Shown: positions 1 through 11,599 of the stretch, piece by piece
Layout of the letters: the number at the start of each line of letters is the position of its first letter
How positions within the stretch are numbered: the stretch's first letter is position 1
Source: Felis catus
Taxonomy: Eukaryota
Direction: 5' to 3'
NCBI RefSeq assembly: GCF_018350175.1
Contig: NC_058383.1
Coordinates: 4,714,001 to 4,778,000, forward strand
Length of the DNA stretch: 64,000 nt
The notes under the pieces: generated by a model
The model's database searches: none
Told to the model about the DNA's origin: nothing
What the model saw: only the letters and a program-made list of their open reading frames with translations
Made by a program: the position numbers and the translations under genes

Positions 1-669
1 AAACTGTCCTACCCTGCCAAGAATATTAAGCTAAATCAGTCCTCTTTTCTTCCCCCTGCCCTTAAGGAGCTTAAGCCTTAGTAAGGAGACAAATCACATT
101 TATAAACACTTATCCTGTAATACGGTATTATGAGAGGTGCATGGGAATCATGTACAGTTAGTGTTAAATAAGGGTAGACAATATGGCTCTATTGTGTATT
201 GTCAGGTTGTGCTTCATCTAGCAGGGGATCTTTGTTAATGTGGCACCATTACACAAGCAGAGCCAAGGAGGCATGACAAACACCCAGAAGTGTGACAGGA
301 GAACGCGGGGTAGGACTCTAAGAAGATAAAGTTCTGCAAAGGTGTTCAGGGATACATTACAGAGTGAGTCTGGGTCTTAGTCCTATAGCTGAGTGTCTCT
401 AAAATACTGCACCCTCATCCTAGCAGTAAATTTTTGAGCACCTCCAATTAATTTATTTATTAATAAATAATATATACACCCTGTCAACCCATGCAATAAT
501 GATAGGCTTAATTTAACTTTTTTTTTCCCCTGGCTAAAAGTTAAATGTAGACAATTGACTGTTTCCTTCCTACTGGAGCATCCTAGGCCCTCTACAGGCG
601 GGAGGTAGGACACTCAAGATAATGAGGAGCCAGTAAGGATTGAAAGCAATCACTGTCACAGCTGCAATG

Positions 670-3072
670 TTTACACTGAAACATAAGACAGATCTCAAAT
701 CAAAAACTTCCAAAAACCCGACTTTAAAACTTAAGGTACCAGGAAAAGAAGAAATTAAACCAAAACCCAGCTGAAAGAAATAATAAAATCAGAACAGAAA
801 TAAACAAAATAGAAAAACAACAGATAAAATGAAAATAAAAGCCGATTTTTCAAAGAGATAAACAAAATGGATAAACTTTTACCTAGATGGACTAAGAAAA
901 AACAGCGAAGTCTCAAATTACTAAAATCAGAAATGAAGAATAAGGACATTACTACTAACTTTGCAGGAATAAAAAGGCTTATAAGACATTACTATGAACT
1001 ACAGTGTGCCAAAACACTGGAAAACCAAGAGGAAATGGATAGATTACCAGAAACACAAAACCTAGCAAGACTAAATCAGGAGGAAAATAGATGATCTGAA
1101 CAGAACTGTAACCAGGAAGGAGACTGGGTCAGAAATGAGGAATATAGGGACAAATACAAGTCCAGGACCCCATGGCTTCACTGTTTCATTCTATCAAAAA
1201 TTCAAAGAAGAGCTAAATTACAATCCTTCTCAAACTTTTCCAGAAAACTGAAGAGGACTGAACACTTCCTAACTCATTCTGTGAGACCAGCATCACCATA
1301 CCAAAGCCAGAAAAAGACACTGCAAGAAAACTACAGACCATTATCCTTTACGTTCAGATGCAAAATCCTCAACAAAATTCTAGCAAACCAAATTCAGCAG
1401 TATATTAAAAGTACTACATACCATAACCAAGTAGTTTATTCCTGGAATGTGAAGATAGTTCAATATATGAAAATCAATCAACATCATATACTACACATTG
1501 ACTGAAGGAAAGAAAACCATACGATAATCTCAACTGATGGAGAAGCATCTGACAAAATCCAGTACCCCTTCTTCATGAAAAAACACTCAATAAACTGTGA
1601 ATAGTAAGAATCTACCTCAACATAATAAAAGTAATACATGGAAAACCCAGAGAAAACATCACATTCAGTGGTGAAAGAAAGTTTTTCCTCTAAGACCAGG
1701 AACAAGACAAGGATGCCCAATTTTTGCCACTTCTATTCAATATAGTACTGGAAATTCTAACCAGAGCAATTATGCAAAAAAAAAAAAAAAAGATATTCAA
1801 ATCAGAAAGGAAGAAATAACATTACATCTATTTGCAAATAGTATGATCTTGTATGCAGAAAACCCTAAAGAGTCCACAAAAAAACTGAGCTAATAAAAGA
1901 ATTCAGCAAAGTAGCAGGAAGGATACAAAGTCAACACGCAAAAAACAGTTCCATTTCTATACAATAACAACAATTTGAAATGGAAGTTATAAAAACAATC
2001 CCATTTACAATAACATCAAAAAGAATAAAATACTAGGAATTAACAAAGGAGGTGAAAATTCGTACAATAAAAGCTACACAACACTGCTTAAAGAAATTAA
2101 AGACATAACTAGATAGGAACACACCCCACATTCATGGATTGGAGGACATAACATTGCAAAGATGTCAAGATGCTACCTAAAGCGATCTACAGAATCAACA
2201 CAATCCCTATCAAAATCCCAATGATTTTTTTTTTTTTACAAAAATAGAAAAACTCTTTTTAAAATTCCCATGGAATCTCAAGGGACCCCAAATAACCCAA
2301 AACAATCTTGAAAAAGAAGAGCTGGAGGACTCATATTTCCTGACTGCAAAACTCACTACAAAGCTACAGAAATCAGAACAGTGTGGCACAGGCAATAGAC
2401 AGACATAGACAAATGGAACAGAGAGCCAAGAAATAAAACCTCACATACAAGGTCAGATAGTTTTTTGTAAAAGTGCCGAGACCATGAAGTGGGTAAAAGA
2501 CAGTTTTTTTCAACAAATGGCACTGGGAATACTGGGTATCCACATGCAAAAGAATGAAGTTGGAACCCTATTTAACACCACAGACAAAAATTAAAGTGGA
2601 TCAAAGACCTAAATGTAAGATTTAAAACTATAAAACTCTTAGAAAAAAAACTTAAGGCAAAATCTTTATGACACTATACCTGGCTATAATTTTCTGGATA
2701 GGACATCACAACAAAAGGGTAGGCAACAAAAGAAAAAACAGATAAATTGAACTTCCTGAAAATTACAAAGTCTGTGCATGAAAAGACACTCTCAACAGAG
2801 TAAAATGCAACCCACAGAATGGGCCAAAATATTTGCAAGTAATATATCTGATAAGGTGTTAATACCCAGAATACATAGAGAACTCCTAGAGCAAAACAAC
2901 AACAAACCACAAACATCCAGTTCAAAAATGGGCAAAGGACTTCAGCATTTTCCAAAGAAGATACACAAATGGCCAATAAACACATGAGAAGATGGTCAAC
3001 ATCACTGATCATTACAGAAATGCAAATTAAAACTACAATGAAATACCACCTTGCACCCATTAGGTTATGATA

Positions 3073-3116
<44 letters not shown>

Positions 3117-3845
3117 AAGTGCTGGAGAGGATGTAGAGATAGGGGATCCCCTGTGCACAGTTGGTGGGGATGTGAAATAGTACAGCCATTATGGAAGGGT
3201 GTGGCAGTTCTGCAAAAAAGTTAAAAACAGAATTACCGCATGACCCAGAAATTCTGCTTCTGGATATAGACCCAAAAGAATTGAAAGTGGGATTGTGAAG
3301 AAATGTTTGTACACCTGTATTTATAGCAGCATTATTCACAATAGCTATAATGTGGAAACAACCCAGGTATTCCTCAACAGATGAACAGATAAGCAAATGT
3401 GTTATATACACAAAATAGAATATTATTTATCCTTAAAAAGGAAGGATATTCTGACACATGCTATAATATAGATGAACCTTTAAGACATTATGTTAAGTGA
3501 AATAAGCCAGCCACAAAAAGACCGATACTGTATGACATCATTTACATGAGCTAAATATATAAGAATATCAGACATAGATATAAATATATAAATATATCAG
3601 ATATCAGAATAGTCAATATCATAGACAGAGAATAGTGGTTGCCAGAGACAAGAGGAAGGGTTGCCAGAGACAAGAGGAATACAGTTACTGTTCAATGGGC
3701 ACAGAATTTCAGTTTTATAAGATTAAAAGAGTTACGGGGATGGATGGTGGAGATGGCTGCACAACATTATGAATGTATTTATTTAATACCACTTAAAAAT
3801 AATTAGAATGGTAAATTTTATATGCCACAATAAAAAAATTGGGGA
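670..3845 (+). mobile_element. Degenerate 5'-truncated LINE-1 (ORF2 remnant plus 3' UTR, old L1M-type)
   Basis: ORF2-like fragments ([33 protein letters not shown]) broken by stops and frameshifts; L1 3' UTR ending in an A-rich tail. Confidence 0.9.
3075..3114. repeat. (AC)20 microsatellite
   Basis: Perfect AC run inside the first L1. Confidence 0.97.
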
Positions 3846-5217
3846 AAATTGCATTGAAGAGTGAACCCCCATCAAATGTACATGGCTGGAGAAAGACACA
3901 CTATGCTAATACTAACCAAAAGAAAGCAGGCGGGCCTATATTATTTTCAGGCTCAGCAGACTTTAATAAAAGTTCTCAAGGATAAAGAGAGGCTTTCATG
4001 ATGATAAAAGGGTCAATTCTCCAAGAAAAGATAATAATCCTCAATATGTATGTGCCTAACAACAAAATGTCAAATATGTTAAAACTGACAGAACTCCAAG
4101 GAGAAAGAGGTGAATCCACCTTACATAGCTGGAGACTTCAACATTATTCTACCAGAAATGGACAGATCCAGCAGGCAAAAAATCAGAGAGAGTTGAACTC
4201 AACAACACCATCGGTCAACTGGATCTAACATCTATAGACTACTCCATCCGACAGAAGCAGAATACATTCTTCTCCAGTTCACCTGGAACATTCACCAAGA
4301 CGGACCACATTCTGGGACATAAAACACACCTTAATTAATTAAGAGGAAATAGAAGTCATACAATTTCTGCCCTCAGACCACAGTGGAATTAAACTATACA
4401 GCAATAACAGAAAGATAACTGAAAAACTCCAGAATACATGAAGATCAAACAACACACTTCTAAATAACACACGGGTGAAAGAAGAAATCTCAAAAGAAAT
4501 TTAAAATAGTTTGTACTAAATGAAAAATAAAACACAATTTATCAAATATTTGTGCAATGCAGCCAGAGCAATACAGCAAAATGTATAGCATTTAGTGCAT
4601 AGTTAGAAAAGAAGAAAGATCTAAAATCAATCACGTAAGATTCCACCTTAGGAAACTGGAAAAAGAGCCACAAACCAAAAGTGAATAGAAGAAAAAGAAA
4701 TAATAAAAATTAGAGTAGAAATCAAATGGAAATTTCAAAAGAAATTGAAAAATTGAAATCAATAGGAAAAAAAAAAGTCAATGAAACCCAAAGCTGATTC
4801 TTTGAAAAGATCCAAGAAAAAAAAAAAATCAATAAACCTCTATCTAGGCTTTCTATGAAAAAAAGAGGACACAAAGTACTAAGATGTGAAATCAAAGAGA
4901 GGATATAGTGATATCCTAGGGATATTAAAAGATCCTAGGGATGTTAAAATAATAATAGAGGAATACAATGAATAACTCTGTCCACAAATTTGATAACTGC
5001 ATGAAGTTATTCAAAGACACAATCTGCCAAACACACAAGAAGAAATACACCAATCTAAATAAGTCTATATCTGTCAAAGAAATTGAGTCAATAATTAATA
5101 ATCTCCCAAAACAGAAAGCACCAAGCTTAGATGTGTTTACTGGTGAATTCTACCAAACACTTAAGGAAGAAATTATACTACTTCTCTACAATCTCCTTTA
5201 CAAGATAGAAACAGAGA

Positions 5218-5419
5218 GGGTGCCTGGGTAGCTCAGTCAGTTAAGTGTCTGACTCTTGATTGCGGCTCAGGTCGTGGCCTCAGGTCGTGAGATTGAGCCC
5301 AGCATCAGGCGCCATGCTAGTTGGGGAAGTCTGCTTAAGATTCTCTCTCCCCCTCTCCCTCTACACCTCCCTGGTTCATCATGCATGTGCACTCTTTCTC
5401 CCTCTCTAAAAAAGAAAAA
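5218..5419 (+). mobile_element. CanSINE (tRNA-derived carnivore SINE)
   Basis: gggtgcctgggtagctcagtc head, CT tract, A tail; agaaacagag target-site duplication. Confidence 0.9.
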
Positions 5420-6097
5420 AGAAACAGAGTGGAATAGTTCCTATTTCATTCTACGTGGCCATCAATACCCTAATATTAAAATAAGACAGACATTCCAAGA
5501 AAACTACACACCAATACCTCTCATCAACGTAGAAGCAAAATCCTCAATAAAATATTAGCAAAACAAGTCCAACAATGTATAAAAAGAGTTATATATCACA
5601 ACCAAGTAGTATTTTTCCCAGATACACAAGGCTGGTTAAATATTTAAAATCAATTAAGGTAAACCCATTTCATCAACAGGCTAAAGAAGAAAAATCACAT
5701 GACCACATCCATAGATGCAGACAAAGCATATGAAAAACGATAAAAACTCTCAATAAACTAGGAATACAGAGAAAGGTCCTCAACTTGATAAAGAATACCT
5801 ACCAAAACCTACAGCTAACATCATACTTAATGGTGAGGAACTAGAAGCTTGGGAACTGATTGGGAAGGAAGAAATAAGGTGTCTTTGTTCACAGATGACA
5901 TGTTCATCTATGTAGAAAATCCAAAAGAATTAACAAAAAAAGTCCTGAAGCTATTAAGTGATTATAGCAAGTTTGCAGAATACAAGGTTAATATACAGCA
6001 GTCAACTGTTCTCCCTCATAACGGCAATGAATAAGTGGAATTTGAAATTAAAAACATAATTTCATGTACATTTTCACCGAGAAAAAAATGATACTTG

Positions 6098-6317
6098 GGG
6101 GGCACCTGGGTGGCTCAGTCAGTTAAGGGTCCAACTTTGGCTCAGGTCATGATCTCACAGTTTGTGGGTTTGAGCCCCACATCAGGCTCTGTGCTGCCAG
6201 CTCAGAGCCTGGAGCCTGCTTCCAATTCTGTGTCTCCCCCTCTCTCTCTGCCCCTCCCCTGCTCATGTTCTGTCTCTCTCTCTCATAAAAAAAATAAACT
6301 TAAAAAAAATTTTTTTA
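6098..6317 (+). mobile_element. CanSINE, feliform type
   Basis: Head, cagctcagagcctggagcctg body, A tail; aaatg(a/g)tactt TSD. Confidence 0.92.
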
Positions 6318-7176
6318 AATGGTACTTGGGTATAAATCTAACAAAACATATACAAAATATGTATGAGGAAAATCATAAATCTCTGATGAAACAAATACAA
6401 AACTAAATAAGTGGAGAGTTAGCCCATGTTTGTGGACAGGAGGACTCAATGTTGTCAAGATATCAGTTCTTCCCAACTTGATCTATAGCTTCAATCCTAA
6501 TCAATCCTAATCCTCCTAATCAAAATCCCAGCAAGTTATTTTGTGGTTATCAACAGATTCTAAAGTTTATACATAAAGGCAAAGACCTACAGTGGCCAAT
6601 ATAATATTGAAAGCAAGGAACAAAGTTGGAAGACCAACACTACCTCACCCCAAGTCTTATATAAAGCTGTAGTAATCAAGGCACCTGCTACTGGTGAAAG
6701 AATCAATGGAACAAAACAGAGATCCCAGAAATAGACCTCCATAAATACAGTCAGCTAATCTTTGACAAAGGAGCAAAGACAGTCTTTTCAACAAATAGCC
6801 CTGCAATAATTGGAAATCCACGTGCCAAAAAATTAATCTACATGCAGATCTTACATCCTTCCCAAAAATTAACTCAGAATGGGTCACAGACCTAAATGTA
6901 AAATACAACGCCATACGACTCCTAGAAGACAAAACAGAAGAAAATCTAGACTTTGGGTTTGGAGATGACTTTTTATATACAACTTCAAAGGCATAATCCA
7001 CAAAACAAAGAACTGATGAACCAGACTTCATTAAAATTAAAACTTCCACTCTGTGAAAGACATTGTCAAGAGAGTAAGAAGACAAGCCACAGACTGAAAG
7101 AAAATATTTGCAATAAAAATATCTGGTAAGGGACTGTTACCCAAAATATACGAAGAACTCTTAAAACTTAATAAGC

Positions 7177-7295
7177 GGGGCACCTGGCTGGCTCACTCAG
7201 AAGAGCATGTGACTCTTAATCTTAGGGTCATGAGTTCAAGCCCCACGTCAGGTGTAGAGATTATTAAAATAAAATAAATAAACCTAAAAAATAAA
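7177..7295 (+). mobile_element. Short tRNA-derived SINE lacking the CT tract
   Basis: ggggcacctggctggctca..gttcaagcccca..gtagagatta + A-rich tail. Confidence 0.8.
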
Positions 7296-7389
7296 AACTC
7301 CACACTAAGAAAACAAACAACCCGAGACCTTCAGGGACACCTCACCAAAGACATACAGATAGCAAATAAGCATATAAAAAGGTGCTCCT

Positions 7390-7602
7390 GGGGCGCCTGG
7401 GTAGCTCAGTCGGTTGAGCGTCTGACTTCGGCTCAGGTCATGATCTCACAGTCTGTGGGTTCAAGCCCCGCGTCAGGCTCTGTGCTAACAGCTCAGAGCC
7501 TGGAGCCTGTTTCCAATCCTGTGTTTCCCTCTCTCTCTGCCCCTCCCCCAGTCTCACTTTGTCTCACTCTCTCAAAAATAAATATAAAAAAAAAATTTTT
7601 TT
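7390..7602 (+). mobile_element. CanSINE, feliform type
   Basis: Full head, body and tail; aaaggtgctcc TSD. Confidence 0.93.
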
Positions 7603-8053
7603 AAAGGTGCTCCATATATCATTAGAGAAATGAAAATAAAAATACCACCACACACCTATTAGTATGACCCAGATCCAGAACACTGATAACACCACATGCT
7701 GGTCAGGATGGAAAGCAACAGGAATTTTCATTCAGTTCTGGTGGGAACGCAAAATGGTATAGCTAGCGTGGACAAGTTTGATGGGTTTCTTATGAAACTA
7801 AACATACTCTTATCATATGATCCAGCAATCACACTCCTTGATATTCACTCCATGAAGTTAAAACTTGTGTCCACACAAAAACCTGCACGTGGACATTTAT
7901 TCCAGCTTTGTTCACTACTGCCAATACTTGGAAGCAACCCAGATGTCTTTCAGTGGGTGATGGATAACTACACTGTGGCCCATCCAGACAGCAGGGTATT
8001 ATTCAGAGCTGAAATGAAATGAGCTATCAAGCTATGAAAAGACAGACAGGAGT

Positions 8054-8270
8054 CTTTTTTTTTTTAATGTTTATTTATTTATTTTCAAGAGAGAAAGACA
8101 AGGTGTGAGCAGGGGAGAGGCAGAGAGAGAGGGCGACACAGAATCCAAAGCAGGCTCTAGGCTCTGAGCTGTCTGCACAGAGCCCTCCGTGGGGCTCGAA
8201 CCCACAGACCGTGAGATCATGATCTGAGCTGACGTCAGACGCTTAACTGACTGAGCCACCCAGGTGCCCC
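8054..8270 (-). mobile_element. CanSINE, feliform type
   Basis: Reverse copy ending gagccacccaggtgcccc. Confidence 0.92.
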
Positions 8271-8462
8271 TTCAGGAATCTTAAATGCATACCACTAAGT
8301 GAAAAAAAGCCTGTCTGAAAAGGCTACATACTGTACAATCCCAACTATATGACATTCTGGAAAAGGCAAAACTATGAGGACAATGAAAATATCAGTGGTT
8401 GCCTGGGGGAGGGAGAAGGGAGGGATGAATAGCACAGAGGATTTCTAAGCACAGTGAAAATG

Positions 8463-9005
8463 CAGTTGGTCTCTGAACATAGGTTTAAACTGCATGGGTC
8501 CACTTATACTCAGATTTTTTTTTTCTTTAAATTTTTATTTACTTTGAGAGAGAGAACATGAGCTGGGGAGGGACAGAGAGAGATACAGAGAGAGAGAATC
8601 CCAAGCAGGCTTCATGCTGTCAGTGCAGAGCCCAATGCAGGGCTCAACCTCTTGAAGCGGGAGATCATGACCTCAGCCAAAATCAACAGTCGGATGCTTA
8701 ACTGAGTGAGCCACCCAGGTGCCCCTGATGTTTTTCAATAAATTCAGTACTACAAATATGTTTTCTCTTCCTTATGAGTTTTTAATGACAGTTTCTTTTT
8801 CTCTAGCTTATTTATATTGTAAGAATATAGTACATAATACAGGTAACACAAAAATATGTGTTAATCGACTGTTTATGTTACTAGTAAAGCTTCCAGTCTA
8901 TTAATAGTTGAGTTTGTGGGGGGAGAGAGCTAAAAGCTATGTGTAAATCTCTGACTGAACGAGGTATTGGTGCACCTAATCCCCAAGTCGCTCAAGGGTC
9001 AACGG
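8463..9005 (+). mobile_element. Tigger2a-like non-autonomous DNA transposon, nested in L1 and itself containing a SINE
   Basis: Degenerate terminal inverted repeats cagttggtctctgaaca ... cgctcaagggtcaacgg followed by TA; internal gggtccacttatac motif typical of Tigger2. Confidence 0.7.
8515..8725 (-). mobile_element. CanSINE nested in the Tigger2a-like element
   Basis: Reverse copy ending gagccacccaggtgcccc. Confidence 0.9.
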
Positions 9006-9415
9006 TACGCTGTATATCGCAATTGGGTATACATGTTACACATTTGTCAAAAACCCACAGTGTGAACACCAAGAGTGAACCCTAAGGTAATCCATGAACT
9101 TTGGATGATTATGATGTATTAATGTAGGTTCATCAATTACAACAAATGCACCTCTCTGGGAGGGGGGGGATGTTGATAATGGGGAAGGCTGGGGGTGGGG
9201 GGTAGGAGTACATGAGAAATCTCTGTACCTTCCACTCAATTTTGGTGGAAACCTAACGCTGCTCTAATAAAAACCAAATCCTTAAAGCAACAACAACAAA
9301 ACTCCACCTTGTATGATCCGAGACAGCATTCAGGGAAGGGAAAGGACACCCTAGTTCTCCCGGATGGCCCTGCTGGGTTCCCAGATAGGATGGTTACCAA
9401 GTAAGAGCAGAGTAT

Positions 9416-9633
9416 GGGGCACCTGGGTGGCTCAGTCGGTTAAGTGTTCGACTTCAGCTCAGGTCATGATCTGGCACGGTTCATGAGTTCGAGCCCCATG
9501 GCCAGCTCTGTGCTGACAGCTCAGAACCTGGAGCCTGCTTCGGATTCTGTGTCTCCCTCTCTCTCTGCAACTCCCTCCCCCACTCATGCTCTGTCTCTCT
9601 CTCAAAAATAAACATTAAAAGAAAATTTTAAAA
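9416..9633 (+). mobile_element. CanSINE, feliform type
   Basis: Head, body, CT tract, A tail. Confidence 0.92.
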
Positions 9634-9634
9634 A

Positions 9635-9985
9635 GGAAGTTCTGATATAGGCTATAGCATGCATGAACCCTGAAAACATTTTAAGTGAAAGAAGCCAGAC
9701 ACAAAAGAATAAAGACTGTGTGATTGCACTTAAATAAAATATCTAGAATAGGGAAATTCATAGAAACAAAGCAGTTTTGGGTACCACTAGCTGGGGGGGT
9801 GGGGGGAGATCGGGGGTTACTGCTTAAGGATTACAGAGATGTGTCTGGGGAGATGAAAAAGTTTTGAAAATCATGGTGATGGCTGCACAACACTGTGAGT
9901 GTAATTAATGCCACTGAACTGTATGCTTATGGTTAAATGGTTAAAATGGCGAATTTTGTTATACACACTTTACCAAAATAAAAGA
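9635..9985 (+). mobile_element. LINE-1 3' UTR fragment
   Basis: aagtgaaagaagccagacacaaaag ... aatgccactgaactgta ... A-rich end, typical old L1 3' end. Confidence 0.75.
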
Positions 9986-10609
9986 AACGTGAACGGATAG
10001 TGCACAAGCATTTGCCAAAGACTGTGAGTTTGAACAATCTGCTGTCCAACTGTGCAATTTAACAAGTTAAAAAAGAACCAGTCGTCGTTTCTTTCATTCC
10101 TCCAGACAGCCTTCGGGTTTTGTCCCCAGATCAGAGCGGACGTTCGGACAGCTCTCCAGACTCCGACACCACTGTAGTCCCTGATAAAACCTGAGTTCTG
10201 ACCTCCACTTCCAATGAGAAATGATTACAGGCAACCAGGGGCTCAATGTAAGGTTCTTCACTACCTGAAGAACTTCAAAGACATTTTTTCCAGACTCCAG
10301 AGTCACTAAGTCTCTCTGTCCCAGGAAAAAACTGGCTGGTCTCTTTTTGTGGTCACTGAAAATCCTGTGTAGATCAGGAAGCTCAAAGATAAACGTGTGG
10401 GTCACCTTTGATGACTGTAGGGTCGGTCCCATGACCTGCAGCCAACTGCTCGCTGCCTGCTAGACAGATGCCACCCACTCATTCTTCATTGGCCCTGAAG
10501 TACTTTTCCTCTATTTCCACTCTTCTACAATAATGTGTGAACACATTTACAAAAACCACAAAACCTGCCGGAAAAAGAAATCAAGAATAAAGAAAAGAAA
10601 AGAACTCAC

Positions 10610-10667
10610 CGCGATTTGTTCATTTTCCGTTGTACTCGGAAGAGCATCAAAACCTGGGAAGGCGTAC
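10610..10667 (-). other. Candidate start-codon exon of a ZNF12/RBAK-type KRAB zinc-finger gene or pseudogene (MNKS...)
   Basis: tgtcctcttacAG acceptor, CG|GTGAGT donor, 58 nt; ends ...ACAACGGAAAATGAACAAATCGCG, resembling the 'CAGAAAATGAAxAAxTCC' start exon of that family. No KRAB exon seen in the window. Confidence 0.6.
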
Positions 10668-10941
10668 CTGTAAGAGGACAGAGGAACAGGATAATGAGAG
10701 CCGGCTGGCCCTGCAGCATCTGGATTCTTGTACAAACTTCTGCACACAAGCTGAGTAACCTCTGATGGTGGAGAAGAGAAGGAAGGTGACATCTGCCCCT
10801 CTGTGACTCCTGCAATGTTTCCTACTGCTTTAACTACGCCGCCCCCCCAACACAGAAACGTTAAAAAAGGAACTATTATTAAGCAAATTCTGGCATGTCA
10901 AAAAAACGAAATACAAGGTCTTCATTAAACCTGACGTTGTT

Positions 10942-11186
10942 GGGGCCCCTGGGTGGCTCAGTCGGTTGAGCGTCTTGATTTCAGCTCAGGTCATGATCTC
11001 ACAGGTCATGAGTTCGAGCCCCACATCAGGTTCTGTGCTGACAGCTCAGAGCCTGGAGCCTGCTTCGGATTCTGTGTCTCGCTCTCTCTCTCTCTGCCCC
11101 TCCCCCGTTCATGCTCTCTGTCTCAAAAATAAATAAACATTAAAAAACTTAAAAAAAAAAATAAATAAAAAATAATAAAAAAAATA
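10942..11186 (+). mobile_element. CanSINE, feliform type
   Basis: Long A tail; aaacctgacgttg TSD. Confidence 0.93.
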
Positions 11187-11599
11187 AACCTGACGTTGCA
11201 GGGGATAACAAATCCTAAAGGATGTTTTGTGTATCTGATTTACTAGATAACGTTCACCCCCTGGGTAGGAGAATCCTCAAAGCTTTAGAAAAAGGCACAG
11301 GTGCCTTGAATGCAGGTCTTCTAAAAACGTGTTTCTTCTAATTGGACTGATGCTTCTCAAAAGGATCTTTTAGGAGTAAACTTGCTTTGATGGGACTGTG
11401 AGGACAGCACCAAGCTTGGAGTCAGGGACTCTGGCTTCTATTCGCCTCTTGTTAATCCTAAATAAGCCGTTTCCTCTGTCAGGATCTTTCCCCCACTTCT
11501 GCCAGATGAGACAAAAATAGAAAGAAAGGAAAAATCCTGGCAAACCTTCCCTGAACTACTACTCTTGAGCCTGTAAGATCGGGACACGAGAGCGCACCT

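Larger units (their letters stand above)
3875..9285 (+). mobile_element. Second degenerate LINE-1 (ORF2 from the endonuclease domain to 3' UTR, L1MC-like), interrupted by SINEs and a Tigger
   Basis: MIKGSILQEKIIILNMYVPNN, EIESIINNLPKQKAP..FTGEFYQT, SLFTDDMFIYVENPK; L1MC-like 3' UTR at 9040-9285. Confidence 0.88.

Noticed and set aside
2674..3411. 245-aa minus-strand ORF
   Set aside because: Antisense to a decayed L1 and includes the (AC)n microsatellite.
7177..7260. tRNA-like sequences (also at 43868 and 56509)
   Set aside because: SINE heads with A-rich tails and divergent stems, not tRNA genes.
10094..10435. 112-aa ORF / possible exon just downstream of the MNKS exon as the KRAB exon
   Set aside because: No KRAB motif seen in the translation and a weak polypyrimidine tract.
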